From: the human T2T-CHM13v2.0 reference genome, Homo sapiens
Length of the DNA stretch: 64,000 nt
Assembly (NCBI RefSeq): GCF_009914755.1
Contig: NC_060928.1
Direction: 5' to 3' (one strand)
The notes beneath the pieces are model-generated. The model saw nothing but the letters and a program-made list of their open reading frames with translations, searched no databases and had not been told where the DNA came from. Shown here piece after piece: positions 51,648 through 64,000 of this stretch. The position numbers were made by a program, and so were the translations under genes. Numbering within the stretch: the stretch's first letter is position 1; each line of letters opens with the position of its first letter.

Positions 51648-52431
51648 TTTCAATGAAAAGAGTCAAACTCTGTAAAATATTCAAAGAGATTTATTCTGAG
51701 CCAAATATGAGTGGCCATGGCCCATGACACAGCCCTCAGGAGGTCCTGAGAACATGTGTCCAAGGTGGTTGGGGTGCAGCTTGGTCTTATATATTTTATG
51801 GAGACATGAGGCACCAATAAAATACATTTAAGAAATACATTGGCTTGGTCCAGAAAGGCAAGACAACTCAAAGTGGGGTGCGGGATGGGGCTTCCAGACT
51901 GTTGGTAAATTTAAACTTTTTCTGGTTGAAAATTGGTTGAGTTTGTCTAAAGACCTGGGATAGATAGAAAGAAAGGAAATGTTCAGGTTAAGGTAAAAGA
52001 TTGTGGAGACCAAGATTCTTTTGAAGTCTTATAGTGGCGCCCTTAGAGACAATAGATGACAAATGTTTCATATTCAGATCTTTAAAATGTGCTAGACTTT
52101 TAGTTAATTTCTTTAGGATTGGGAGAGCCTGGAAGAAAAAGATCCAGTCATGTTAACAGAGATTCTTTACAGACACAAATTTTCCCCCACAAAGGACAGC
52201 TTTGCAGGGCCATTTCAAGATATGGCAAATAAACACGTTTGGGGGTACAATGTTTTGATTTTCTTCCTTGTCTCGTAATGTTATGCGAGAGACAGGTTGG
52301 AAAGGAAGTGATGATATACAGGGTTAAATAAAACCCATCTGATGAGAATTTATGCTTTGTAGGGCATGACTCCCCAGACCCCTTAGATAGGAATTTGGGC
52401 AAGATAAAAAAAAATCAGAGCTTAGTCCTCA
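51648..52431 (-). mobile_element. ERV1 solo LTR (MER4 family, MER4E-like)
   Basis: Minus strand begins TGAGGACTAAGCTCTGATTTTTTTTTATCTTGCCCAAATTCC; 4-bp TSD GTAT at 51644-51647 and 52432-52435. Confidence 0.9.
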
Positions 52432-52724
52432 GTATAATAAACAGAGTAAAAACAGTAATGTGGGATGTTAAGACAAATACATATTTGTAGTACTGAATAT
52501 ATAAACATCTTTTCTCTCTAGAATGGATGAAATTTCCAGGTTATGATCACAAAGAATTACACATTATGAGAAAAGGACAAAGAGATTATAACGTGTATTT
52601 AAGAAGTGTTAGGTAAAGTTACTTTTGAGCAATTAGTATATTACAAAAGAAAGTGCCTTTCTGTGGACTGCCATATCACATACTTAACGTGGCTTTAGGG
52701 CAGAGTCGTCTAGAAAAGTGACTA

Positions 52725-52900
52725 CGTGTAGGAGCTTTGGGGCTATTAGGTCCTGGATTTAAATTCTGGCTCAGGCTCTTTTACTGGTTGCATAACCTTA
52801 GGCAAGTATCTGTGAGACATTTTCATCTGCAAAAATTGTGATAGCAATTATTATTACTAAGGCATTGCTTATAATCTAAGATTGTAATTTATGTAATTGA
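52725..52900 (+). mobile_element. MIR fragment
   Basis: cctggatttaaattctggctc..ttactggttgcataaccttaggcaagt..tttcatctgcaaaa. Confidence 0.7.
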
Positions 52901-53024
52901 CTAGGAAACCATAGAAGATCTACTCTAGTCTGTCTGGATTTAGATACCCAGGTCTCATATGGTCCGCTCCCTTAAAACACACACATGCACACACACACAC
53001 ACGGGCTGAAGAAACTCAAGAGAA

Positions 53025-55620
53025 GTAAATTTTGAAATGACGGAAGTTGATAAGTGCTATGAAGAAAAACAGTGCAGAAAAAGGTATAGGAAGTATTGGT
53101 GGGGGGAAGGAGTTTATAATTTTTAATAGTGGCACTTAAGAACATTCCTAAAAGAGACAAAGGATTGAGTCATATGAATAGTTAGGGAAAGTGTGATGTA
53201 GGAAGGGGAATTGCAAGTATAGAAGTCCTACGATGGGCATATGCTTGACGTGTTCCAGGAGCAGTAAGATCCATGTATTGGAATGGAGTGGACAAGGTGG
53301 AGATTGGATGTAGTAGAATATGAGGTCAGTAGAGGAGGCCAGATCATGTAAGACCTTGCAGATCATTCTAAGGAGTTTGCTTTTTATTTCTATTACTAAA
53401 AGGTGATGCTATTAGAGGGTTTTAACAGGATAATTTACGTTTTAACAGGGTTACTTTGACGCTGCATTGAGAAAAGACTATAAAGGGACAAATATAAAGA
53501 CAAGGAGACCTGTTAGCAGGCTATTACAATAATCAATATGGGAGGTGATGGTGATTTGTAGAGAAACAGGAAGCCTAGTTTTTACTAGGGTAGTAGCAGT
53601 GTGGTGTGCTGACAGACTGGATGTGTGATATGATAAGAGAGATTTCAGTCCAGGTCTCTGGAAAGATGCAGTTGGTATGTACTGAAATAGGGAAGACTAG
53701 GAGAAGAAGGATTGAGAGGGAAAATCAAGAGCTCAGGTTTGGACACGTTAAGTTTTAAATGCCTACTAGATATCCAAGTGAAGTTATAGAGTAGGTGTTT
53801 GGGTGTATGAACTTGTGGTTCAGGGGAGATGTCCAGGCTAGGATAATTAATTTGGGAGTTATCAGCATATCGATGATGCGTAAAACTGTGATGCTGAATG
53901 AGGTCATTGAGGGAGCAAGTGTAGAAAGAGAAGAGAAATTGTCTGAAGACTCAGCCCCAGAGTACATTAATATTAGCAAGTTGATTAGGAGACCAAGTAA
54001 TGGAGACTGAAAGTGAGTGGCTACTGAGATAAGAGGAAAAGCAGGAGAGAGTAGTTTGCTGGACATAAAGTAAATAAAATGTTAATAAGGAAAGAGTAAG
54101 AAATTGTCTCAACTACTACTTGATGTCAAGTAAATGACAACTGAGAATGGAGCATTGGTTTTAATAATTTGGAGGTAATTTGTGACATAGGTAAGGGTAG
54201 TTTTGCATTAAGGGTAGTTAAAAAGGTTGATAAAGTGGGCTCCAGAAAATAAAAAGTAATATTGAAGACAATAAATGCTTTTTAGACATGTTGTAAAAAG
54301 GAGAGAAATGGAGCAGTAGTAGAGTAGTGAGATCAAGTAAAATTTTTCGTTTAAAATGAGAAAGTGATAATATATTTATGTGCAATAGGAAAAGGGCTAG
54401 TGCAGAAGAAAAATTTAATGATACAGGGATGAAATAGAAGAATGATGAAGAAATGCTTTCAAGTAGAAGAGGGAAAGTAGGAACTAATGCATACAATGGT
54501 TTGGGTTTTGCTAGGATAATGGACAGCTTATTCACAGTTTCAAGAGTAGGCAGGATATATGGGCACAGAGGTAGGTTGCTTGGTATATATAATGGAAGTT
54601 TATGAAGATTCTCTTCTAATTGCTTCTATGCTGTCAGAGAAATATGAAGGCTGGTTCTTTGTAGAGATTAGAATAGTGGGAAAGGCAATGGGCCAGAGAA
54701 ACACAGAAGGGTTCCCAGATAGCACTAAGGCACCCTTCATACTAGAGGAACCCTCAGTATCAGTGTGTGCTTTTCTCTGGCCATTTTCATGTATGTGGAT
54801 GCAGGCATGGTACACAGCTGAATTGGGTTTAACCAAGATTCGAAGTTTGCCAAGTAAGTATGAAATAGTAAGGGAGGAGCAAGGGATTTAAAGATACATG
54901 CATAGGACTGATTATACTTATTGACATGGATTTCAAACTCTCCAAGGATGTGAATGAGGAGGTGATGGAGGTGAAGGACAGTGAGAGATGGTAGGATCTA
55001 TGGATTGTAGACCATAGTGGGTCAAAAAATTGCCAGCTGGAAAGTAGAGAAACTTGGTTAGAAATAGAGTGGTGAAAGTGATTTTAATGCCTGCCGTGAA
55101 GGTCAGAATAAGGAGTTTAGATTTTATACTTAATTGGATGCAAGGCTTTTGGAAAGTTTAAAGAGGGAAATGGCAAGATCTGATTTTTTTAAAAAATGTA
55201 TTCTACCTGCCCTGTGGAGAATGAGTTACAGTGGAGTTGGGGAACAAGAGGAACAGTGGGAGGTACTGAAAACTGGAGAGATTTGGGGTACATTTTAGAA
55301 CAAAGCTGACAGAACTGGCTAAAGAATTGGGTATGGGGGAAGGCAAAAATGGAGAATCTATTATTGCTATTTTTTTTTTCTGGTCAAACCACTGGGTGAC
55401 AACTGGAACTGTGATTTCCTTTAGGAGAAAAACAAGAGACCTCTTTTGAGGACACTAAGTTTGAGATGCGTATTAGATACCCAGAAGGAAATACCAAATA
55501 CTGTGTATTCAAGGATAGAGCATAAGAGAAAGGGAAGAGCTGTCATCCGAGGCTGAGTGAAAAGATGGTGTTTAAGTTAGTGGGTCTGCATGGGCTCACT
55601 TGAGGAGTGAGATTAGAAAG
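53025..55620 (-). mobile_element. Long degenerate L2 (at least two fragments)
   Basis: Minus strand near 53850-53915 reads SLNDLIQHHSFTHHRYADNSQI, a decayed reverse-transcriptase YADD motif in L2 context; many L2 3' motifs. Confidence 0.85.
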
Positions 55621-56623
55621 AGGGAAAACGTGCTACATGTTCATTAGTGAGTATAGGGATGAAAGTAAGCAAGAAGAATGAATACCTTTGAACACATAAA
55701 AAGCAAAGTTAACGAGCACTGAAGTGGACTCTCAAAGAAGACAGCTGATTTCTCCTTTAATTGCCACGAGAAGAGAAAACAAATCTGCCTTCCTGGATGT
55801 GGGGCTGCTGGAACAAAAAAACTACCTTTCTACTTCCGCACACTTCTTGAGCCCTCTATGCAATACCCTCCTTAGCCAGCTCAAGCCATGATCAAAGTCA
55901 CTCAGGAACCTGTTTTTTTCCCCATAGTTTTACAAATAGAACGGTCAGTGAATGCTCCCAACATATTCCAACATTTGATTAGTCTGTTGACATTTGTTCT
56001 CATATTGGTATGTTTAATATTTAGGGCAACTATGTCAAACCATGAAGACAAATGTCAAAGTGTTAGATTATCAAAAGAGGTAAATAATATATAAATAATG
56101 TATAAGTAGTGCTGTAGGATAAGAAAGCAATTTTGAATTTTTATTTATGATTGAAGAATATCTTCATTAAGGAAGACTTTAGCTTGTCTAAAATTTTCTC
56201 TTGACCTAAAAATTTTTTATTTAAATGTGTTGCTTATTTTCCACACAGCAAGTTTATAGTTTAAAATATTTTTTTAATCTTCCTTTAGCAATAGCCTGTA
56301 AGTATAGCAATCAAATATCCTTTTGTGGTTAGATAATATTTTTACCCCAAGGATCTCTTAAGTATTTTAGCAATCAGTCAGTATTTAATGCCCTATTTGG
56401 TGCAAAACAGAGAGATACTGAGAAGACAGATGGATTTTGCAATATTCCAAAATAAATTAAATGCAGAACAACAAAGAAAAAAAACCTCAGGGCTCCTGAA
56501 TCACGGAGACTAAGCAGTGCAGGACACCAAATTATAGCTAAAGATAGTGAAAAATGATAGTTTCTAAAAAAGTGGGAATAGAAAAAAATGTACATTTACT
56601 GTAGCTATTTGCTTTGAGATATT

Positions 56624-56782
56624 CTTCCTTCCTTCCTTCCTTCCTTCCTTCCTTCCTTCCTTCCTTCCTTCCTTTCTTCTTCCCTCCCTCCCTCCCTCTC
56701 TTCCTCCCTTCCTTCCTTCCCTTTTTTCTTCCTGCCTCCCCCTCCCTTTCTCTCTCCCTCCCTTCCTTCTCCCCCCTTTTTT
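56624..56782. repeat. (CCTT)n and polypyrimidine tract
   Basis: Seen directly; ~160 bp almost purely pyrimidine. Confidence 0.95.
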
Positions 56783-57034
56783 TGCGCCAAACCTTACTTG
56801 CCCAGAAACATCATCTACTTACGGATTCAATAGAAGTTATCCCCTCTGTTCTTTTACAAGAGGTTCCCTTTTATTTCATGGTTTTAGCTATACAGAGAAT
56901 TCAATTCAACAAATAACTGCTTTGCACTTACTATATATGTTAAGTATTGTGTATGTGCTGTTACAGAAGGGAACACACAGAAATGCAAATCCTTCTTAGT
57001 ATGGTAAGTTCTGTAACAGAGAAAGAAAGGGATT

Positions 57035-57252
57035 ATAGCATAAAGGTTAAGAGCATGGGCTTCGGAGTCAGGCTGTATGGCACTAGTGTATGATGTTGAA
57101 CAAGTTACTTAACCTCTGTGTGTCTCAGTTTACTTATTGGTAAAAAGTAATAAGTAGTATTTATTTCATAAGAGTTTAGTAAAGTTTAAATAAGGTATAT
57201 ATTAGAACTGTACCTGGCGTATAGTAGGCATTATATAGGTACAACTATTGTT
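57035..57252 (+). mobile_element. MIR
   Basis: tagcataaaggttaagagcatgggcttcggagtcagg..aacaagttacttaacctctgtgtgtctcagttt..tagaactgtacctggcgtatagtagg. Confidence 0.85.
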
Positions 57253-57344
57253 TATAATTGTGTAAATATGAAAATGTACACAATTATAATTGTAGTGTTT
57301 CCTAGATTTCTTTCTACCCTCTTCTCATTTATCAGCATATTGGA

Positions 57345-58060
57345 AATGGCAACAGTCATGAAAATCCTTCCTTCCTCAATTTCCCCATCTTCCTTCATTT
57401 GTTCTCTGCCTGATTGTCCCTTCCCATTGGTCTGTGTCTCCTCAACCAATGTCTCCTGTGCTCAGTGTCTAACTGTTGGTGTACTCCATTTTGGCTTTCC
57501 CTTTTTCTCAGTCTACATACTCTTTCTGAGCAATCTTGCCACTCCTGGTGCTTATGTAATCATCTGCACACAAATGACTGCAATTCTACATCTAATGTAT
57601 AGATGTCTGCTCTAAGCACTAGTCCCCATTTCTATCAATGGGACTAAGAAAAATATCCGGTGGACTAAGGAACTCTAAAAGCAACTTGTTTACAGTGTTT
57701 CTTATCACTGTTTGCCTACACTCCAACCTGATTCCTGCCTTGAATTTCCATTGTAATTAAAGGTGCCACTGTTATACCATAATCTGCGTTGGAAACCTGG
57801 AAGTCACCTATGACCACAGTCCACCAGGTAATCAGCTCTGTCAGTTACACCTCTTACATTTCTCTTGACTCCTCCCACCCCTTCTCTACTTTCACTGCTG
57901 CTATTGAATTCAGGTTTTCTTCTCAGTCACCTGACCTATAGTAGCAGTCTCTTATCTGGTCTATCTGCTTCCAATTTCAGCATCCCTCCCTTAAGATCAA
58001 CCTTTACATTGCCACCAGACACTTTCTATAGTGAAAATTAGATCATGTTTCTTTTCTGCA
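57345..58060 (+). mobile_element. Degenerate L2
   Basis: tctcagtctacatactctttctgagcaatc..catctgcacacaaatgact; tagcagtctcttatctggtct..gcttcc; agatcatgtttc. Confidence 0.7.
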
Positions 58061-58853
58061 GAGTTTCTATAAGTATAGCATTGATATTTTCACTAAACTC
58101 ACCTGGAATTTTTTTTTAAGTGAAAATTTCTGGAGCTAAACTCAGATTTGAGAATTAGAATTCTCACAAGAGAATTCACATTCACACTAGGCCCAGGAAT
58201 TTATACTTTAGTTGATTTTACCCAAACTAGAGTCTGAGCAACGTTGGCCTATAGTATGAATTCTAAACACGTATCCTTTCATGAGACTTCCTCATCCCTC
58301 ACCGCTCCTTCTTTGCAATGTCTGCTCTATGCCCATAGAATTGTTGGATTCTCCAAATGCAAAACAGTATTTCATACTTTCTTGATCTTCTATACTTCAA
58401 AAATTTCCCTGCTTGTTCTTTTTCTCCTTTCTGTAACTAACTTGGCACATCACAAATAACATCTCTTTTCTCACCAGTTCCTGGAGATTTACTATAAACA
58501 TATCACTAAATCACAAAAGGAGGAGGTTTCATCTTCTCTTTATTCCTTCATACCCCTTGTTTTACCATCTGAATAAAGACTGGCATCCTAGATATGGCCT
58601 CTATGGTGTGCATGAGCTGGGCTCATGTACCTCCTTGTATTTCAGCTTCCCCCTCCCTTTTGGTGCTTCACATTCTGCCTTCTTTCCATTCACGTGAGCC
58701 ACGTTCCTTACTAACTCAAGGTTTCCACACTGGCTGTTATCTCTGCGTAGAATTCCATTTCTACTCTGCCTCGCCCAGTAAATTAGTACAAATGCCTCAG
58801 AAGTTGGTTCAAGGGATCTTTCCATGACCCTACAGACCAGCGTTTTTACAGGT

Positions 58854-59042
58854 CAGGGTTTCTCAACAGCGGCACTACGGCATTTTGGACCAGAGAGTTG
58901 TCTGTTGTGGAGAGCTGTCCTGTGCATTGCAGGATGTTTAGCGGATGCTGGCAGTACTTCTAATTCGTGACAATAAAAAATGTCTTCAGATATTGCCATG
59001 TGTCTCCTGTAGCAACATTACCTCCAGTCTTGAGAACCGCTG
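58854..59042. mobile_element. MER20 (hAT-Charlie)
   Basis: cagggtttctcaac..ggcact..cattttggaccag..gctgtcctgtgcattgcaggatgtttagc..tgagaaccgctg with terminal inverted repeats. Confidence 0.85.
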
Positions 59043-59222
59043 GACTGAGTTAAGTGCCCCTCTTAAATGCTCTTCCTACCCTTTATTCTTCAAGTTGTGC
59101 TTGTAAGTATTCAGGTGTGATTGCTGTTTGCCTGCTAGAATGTAAGTGCCATGGAAGTGGGGACCATGACTGTCTCATGTACTGTTCCATCCCTGGTGCC
59201 TCACACAGCGCTAGGTACTAAG

Positions 59223-59597
59223 CGTTTCGGACTGAATTGTGTCCCCCTGAAATCCATGCATTGCAATCCTAAACTCTAGTACCTCAGAATGTGACTATCT
59301 GGACAAGTGGCTTTAAAAAGGTAATTGAGTAGAATGCCGTCATACAGATGGGCACAATCCAACATAGCGATTGTCCTTGTAAGAAGGACAACATGTGTGC
59401 ACAAAGAGGGAAGGCCCTGTGCAGACACCAGAAGAAGATGGCCATCTGCAAGTTAAGGAGAGTCCTCAATATAAACCAACCTTGCCAACACCTTGATGTT
59501 GAACTTCCAGCTTCCAGAACTGCGAGAAAATAAATTTGCTTTTTAAGCCACCCATTCTGTGGTATTTCATTATGGCAGTCCTAGCAAAGGATACACT
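59223..59597 (+). mobile_element. MaLR solo LTR (MLT1B/C-like)
   Basis: ggactgaattgtgtcccc..acctcagaatgtgact..gaagatggccatctgcaag..cttccagcttccagaactgcgagaaaataaatt..ttatggcagtcctagcaaa. Confidence 0.88.
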
Positions 59598-61823
59598 AAA
59601 TAAGAACTCAACAAATATTTTCTTGACTAAGTCTCTTTTGCACAGTCTATACCATGTGAGTCATTCCCCTCTTTTCTTCTGACCTTCAAGAGATTCTCTT
59701 AACACATTGATTTTTTTCCTTCACTGAGCCAATGAGTTGCATGTCTACATTGATGAATAATATCATACCTCAATCTTGGAGTTTCTTCTCTAAATTTAAT
59801 CTACTGCATGGAATAGCCACAATTTAGTCCATTATCTCTTTGAACATCTGCACCATCACGGCTCCAGTTCCTCTGCTTGTGGTTTGCCTTATGTGTCTAT
59901 GGCTTTGATTCTCCCATATTTTCTCAAGTTGACAGTCCAGAGCTTTTACCGTCTGCATTCAACCAGATCACTTTATCCTGTTTTCTTCACTTGCCTCTTT
60001 ATTCATCCAGGCTTCCTGACAAGTTATCTTGATGTTTCTCTTTCTAGCCTCCCGAATCATTTAACCCCTTGAATTTTCTCTCAGCTTTTTATGCCAATCT
60101 TCAATTCTGTCACTCCTAGCTGTGAAACATTTAAGCTGAGTCATACAAACCTCATAATGGAGTCAGATGACCTAATTTCAATGGGCCTGTCACTCTTCCC
60201 GAACTACCCTCTTCAGTCTCATGAACTCCATGCTGCACTTTCTATAACAATGAATTAACACTTTATACATACTCCTAAAGTCTCTGTCATATTCCTTCTC
60301 CTATTTTTTTCCAAGAGTTAACTTTGCCTCCTACTTAATTTGATAGAGTGTTTACTAAATACTAGTCCCATGAGTTGCCCAGAGTAAACAGAATATGGTG
60401 TCAAATATGACTGGGAAATGCTGAGCTAAACAAAGGTAAACAAATGTCTTTGACATCAGTATACTGATGCACATTCAGAATATCCAGGAAGGAGATCATA
60501 GTGGACATCTTTAATTTTTTTGTCCATATTCATGACTCTTCACTCTGGTACTGGTACTCAAATTTCCTTTGAGTAAACCTCTCCCCGTCTTGTCTGTTTG
60601 ACATAATTTTAGTGAATATTCCTAGCCACAGGGGTGGATTCAAGGTGGTTGCATGATTTAAGTGTGACCAGGTACTGTAATTTCATTTTCCTGGACAATA
60701 TTTTGTTCAAGCATGGGCATATAATTCCAGGTTGGAGAGTGAATCCACTCTTTTCCTCCACATTTAATCTAGGCTTAGGTATCTAGTTGCTATCCTGAAG
60801 TCTTGTGGAACCTGAGCAAGGAAGTTATTATGGAGGGAATCAGAGCAGAGGAGGGTCTGAATACTGGTAACATTGCTTGAACTCCTGGGTCAACTCCTCT
60901 AAATCCATACATCCTTTGACTTTTCTGTTATTGAGTCAATCTGTTCTGTTTTTGCTAGGTCAGTTTAGGTAGGGTTTTCTGACACAACAGAAAGATTCCC
61001 AATTGATCTAGAAATTGATACGAGAATAGGGATGACAAGTGAGTAATAGTGAGATTGATGGAGTTCCAGGGTTGAGTGAAATCTCCCTGAGGACTGCTCT
61101 ACTCAAGGTTGACATTACATATCTTTGTTATACCTCATGCAAAGTAAAACATACATTATATAACTATATAAATATTTCACATATACCTCAGTAAGCCCCT
61201 ATAAAAGACAAGATAGTCTGAATCTGTGGCCAAAATAAAAATAGCAAAATAATGTATTTTTACTAAAAGACAAATTTCTTTCTACTTTTCCTAATCCAAT
61301 AAGCTGAAAGCCCAACAACATGGAGTCATAGGGTTGGAAAAGTTGAATTCTCTTCTCAATGAAAGATTAGTGCAAGTATTGGTGAGAACATAGGAAATAC
61401 AATAAAAGACAACATAGCTTTATCTCGCCGGTCCTCCTCGGCACTTCCTGTTCTTACTTACTATCCAACAAAGTGTGTGGTTGTGTTTGTGGTATAGGTG
61501 GCTAGACCACAAGCATCCATGTCCAGACTAAACTGGGAAAGATGCTTGCCACCCAGAGATCCTGGAGTGAGCATGAATGTAATGTAATGTAATTACTTGA
61601 TGACCTTTGGATTGTCTTCTTCTGGAAAGCACATGTGGGCTTTTGGGTAGCCAAAATGAAAATTTCATGTTTTTGCCTGCCCGACACCCATTCCTCCTTC
61701 TTCAGTAAACAGTTCCATGCATTTCTTCTAGGTAATTACTCCTGCAGCCCCTCCATCTGTTCCATCTTGGTCCTTACATTCAGTTGTGGTTCCACTCCTG
61801 ACTCCAGGGGTGGTCACATAAAA

Positions 61824-62169
61824 CAGTGGTCCCCAACCTTTTGGCACTAGGGACTGGTTTCATGGAAGACAATTTTTCCATGCACAGGGGGGTGGGGGTG
61901 TGGGAGGATGGTTTTGGCATGAAACTGTTCCACCTCAGATCATCAGACATTAGAATCTCATACGGAGCATGCAACCTACATCCCTCACAAGCACAGTTGA
62001 CAATAGGGTTCACGCTCCTATGAGAATCTAATGCAGCAGCTGATCTGACAGGAGGCGGAACTCAGGTGGTGTTGCTCACTCACCCGCCACTCACCTCCTG
62101 CTGTATGGCCAGGTTCCTAACAGGCCATGGACTGGTACAGGTCCCTGGCCTGGGGGCTGAGGACCCCTA
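61824..62169 (+). mobile_element. MER1B (hAT-Charlie), inserted in an older LTR-like remnant
   Basis: cagtggtccccaaccttttggcactagggactggtttcatggaagacaatttttcc..cctatgagaatctaatgc..ggggctgaggacccct. Confidence 0.92.
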
Positions 62170-63149
62170 ATATAAGCAAGCTGCACTATAATTCCATTCC
62201 TCTAGCCACAGTTCAGGAATGAGCAAGCACAAGTATGTGACCTTAAAGTGAATTCAGGGATTTATGTCAGAGCTACTAAGAAAAACAACCCCTAAAATGT
62301 AGCCTTGGAACTGCTGGCAGCCGTCTTGACACCATGTGGAGCCTGAGGAGGAGGCTAACATGGAGAAGAGCTGAGACATAAAGGCTATGTATCATTTTAG
62401 CCTTGGATTAAGCCATGTCTGAAGCCAGAACTATCTCTTTGATTTAATATGAAGGAAATAAATGTCCTTTTTAAATTTCTGTTACTTGCCAATAACAAAT
62501 TTCCAAATGGTCTAAATGTATATTACACATGATATTCCACACTTTTTGACCATGAGCTATTTTTCTTGTCACACTTTTTAACCTACTATGTAGTTGCTAT
62601 TTTTAAAAAGTCAATGAGTATGTCATTAACTGCAAATTAAAAGACAAACAAAATAACAAAATATTATGAGGTAAGCATTTACAGGTTTGGTTAATTCTGT
62701 GCTATTTCTACTTTTCCATTCTGCCATCCCCAGTTAACTGGGTCCTTAGACTAGCCTCTCTCAAAGTCGTAAGATGTCCTCGTTCTAGGCATTGCACCCT
62801 GACACAGCAAGACTGAACAGAAAGAGGAAATGCTATATTCTTGTATGCTAGTTTAAGAATGAGAAAATGTCTCTCAGGCTTTCTTCTACTCCTGAGATTT
62901 CGCTTATGTCTGTCTCGTTGTCCCAAACTGGGTTACATGCCTGTTACTAAGCCACCCATTGTCAAGATAATAGGATAACCACAATTGGTGGAGACTAACC
63001 AGGATTAACCTGTGGTTTGTGGATAGGATTTCTTTCCCTGAAGGCTAGAAACCTGAATAAAATTGGTGTTCTGGTTGTAAGGAAGAAGGGGAGAACAGGT
63101 GTTGAGAGGGTAATTAAGAGAGTCTACCAGACCATGGAATACAAGGGGT

Positions 63150-64000
63150 AAAATCATGTAGCAGATTAAGTTACTCAGGTTCCAGCTTTTGAATTCCCGC
63201 TTGTCTTCAGTTTCTTCTCAGTGATTCAAAATGTCTTTTTGTATAAACCTTGTTGTATATACAATCCATTCCTGTCTTAAAGGAAAAGATGGCTCTCCCA
63301 TGTTCCTAGCACTAAATCCTCTATGCTACCCTTAATCATAACAGCTTTTGCCTGTGTTTGATTTGGATATTTTATCCTGTCATTCCTTGGATGTATTCCA
63401 AATGTACGCCTTTCTAGTTAACAGTTCTTCCTGTAATGGAACTCAAACATTGCCATGCAATTCTCTCCCTAAATACATCTTCCACTGGTATTCTTCCACC
63501 TAACAATTTCCTCTGTGCCTGTGGGAATTCATGCTCCTTGACCTGTTCATATGCTTTTCAAACACTCTGTCTAGGTCTGTGCCTTAACTGATGCCTACCC
63601 CTGGCTTCTGTATGAAGCCATCTTTCATAGAAGACGCTCCTGCTCTATTTCAAGTACCTCATGGGTCAGGAGTGGGAGTTGGCATCTTCTTAGTGTTGTT
63701 TCTAAGCCATTATACTTGACTCTTGTTCTAAACTATTCCTCTTTAAGACTTAAGTATTCCAACTAGATAACCTTCTAGCTTCCCTTCCAAAAACTGGACA
63801 ATGACATATTTATCAAGAACATTAGCAAGCATATCATATTCTTCCTTTCCATCCTTATTCTTTCCATGGTCTTGGGGACTTCATCATCATAAATAATTGT
63901 TCTTACAACTAGCCTTAAAGTTTCTTCTTTCGTCCATCCTCCTTTTCTGTCTGTCTCCCTCCTTCCCTCTATTCATCTCTTTCTCTATCTTTCCTCAGAT
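63150..64000 (+). mobile_element. Degenerate L2-like sequence
   Basis: Pyrimidine-rich strand with tcctgtcttaaa, tccactgg..cttccacc, tccttgacct motifs; low similarity. Confidence 0.45.

Noticed and set aside
48693-52431. The two MER4-family LTRs as the ends of one provirus
   Set aside because: They differ in length and 5' sequence, each has its own TSD, and no gag/pol sequence lies between them
53755-54891. ORFs of 100-110 aa
   Set aside because: They lie within or between decayed L2 fragments; no independent coding evidence
56605-56916. Lys/Glu/Gly/Arg-rich and Ser/Phe/Leu/Pro-rich ORFs
   Set aside because: Translations of the (CCTT)n tract

Overview
Primate (most likely human) repeat-rich, AT-rich non-coding DNA with no intact protein-coding gene, RNA gene, CpG island or CRISPR array. 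The dominant feature is a full-length processed pseudogene of NOL8 on the minus strand (~5928-9851, 14-bp target-site duplication, TSD). It sits inside an old L1M 3' end that also received three Alus and an MLT1 LTR. The rest is Alu, L1 (including two 5'-inverted copies), L2, MIR, ERV1/ERVL/MaLR solo LTRs, DNA-transposon remnants and simple repeats. I found no clearly novel biological system. The best-supported oddities are retrotransposition and mutation footprints: two insertions sharing one TTTTT/AAAA site, a young AluY, a ~76-bp inverted L1, fold-back hairpins, and an old local duplication that captured an LTR junction. The most speculative lead is a set of phase-compatible minus-strand exon-like segments at 540-1392 and 11243-12424. 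Repeat subfamily names and NOL8 comparisons are from recalled consensus sequences and need RepeatMasker/BLAST confirmation.
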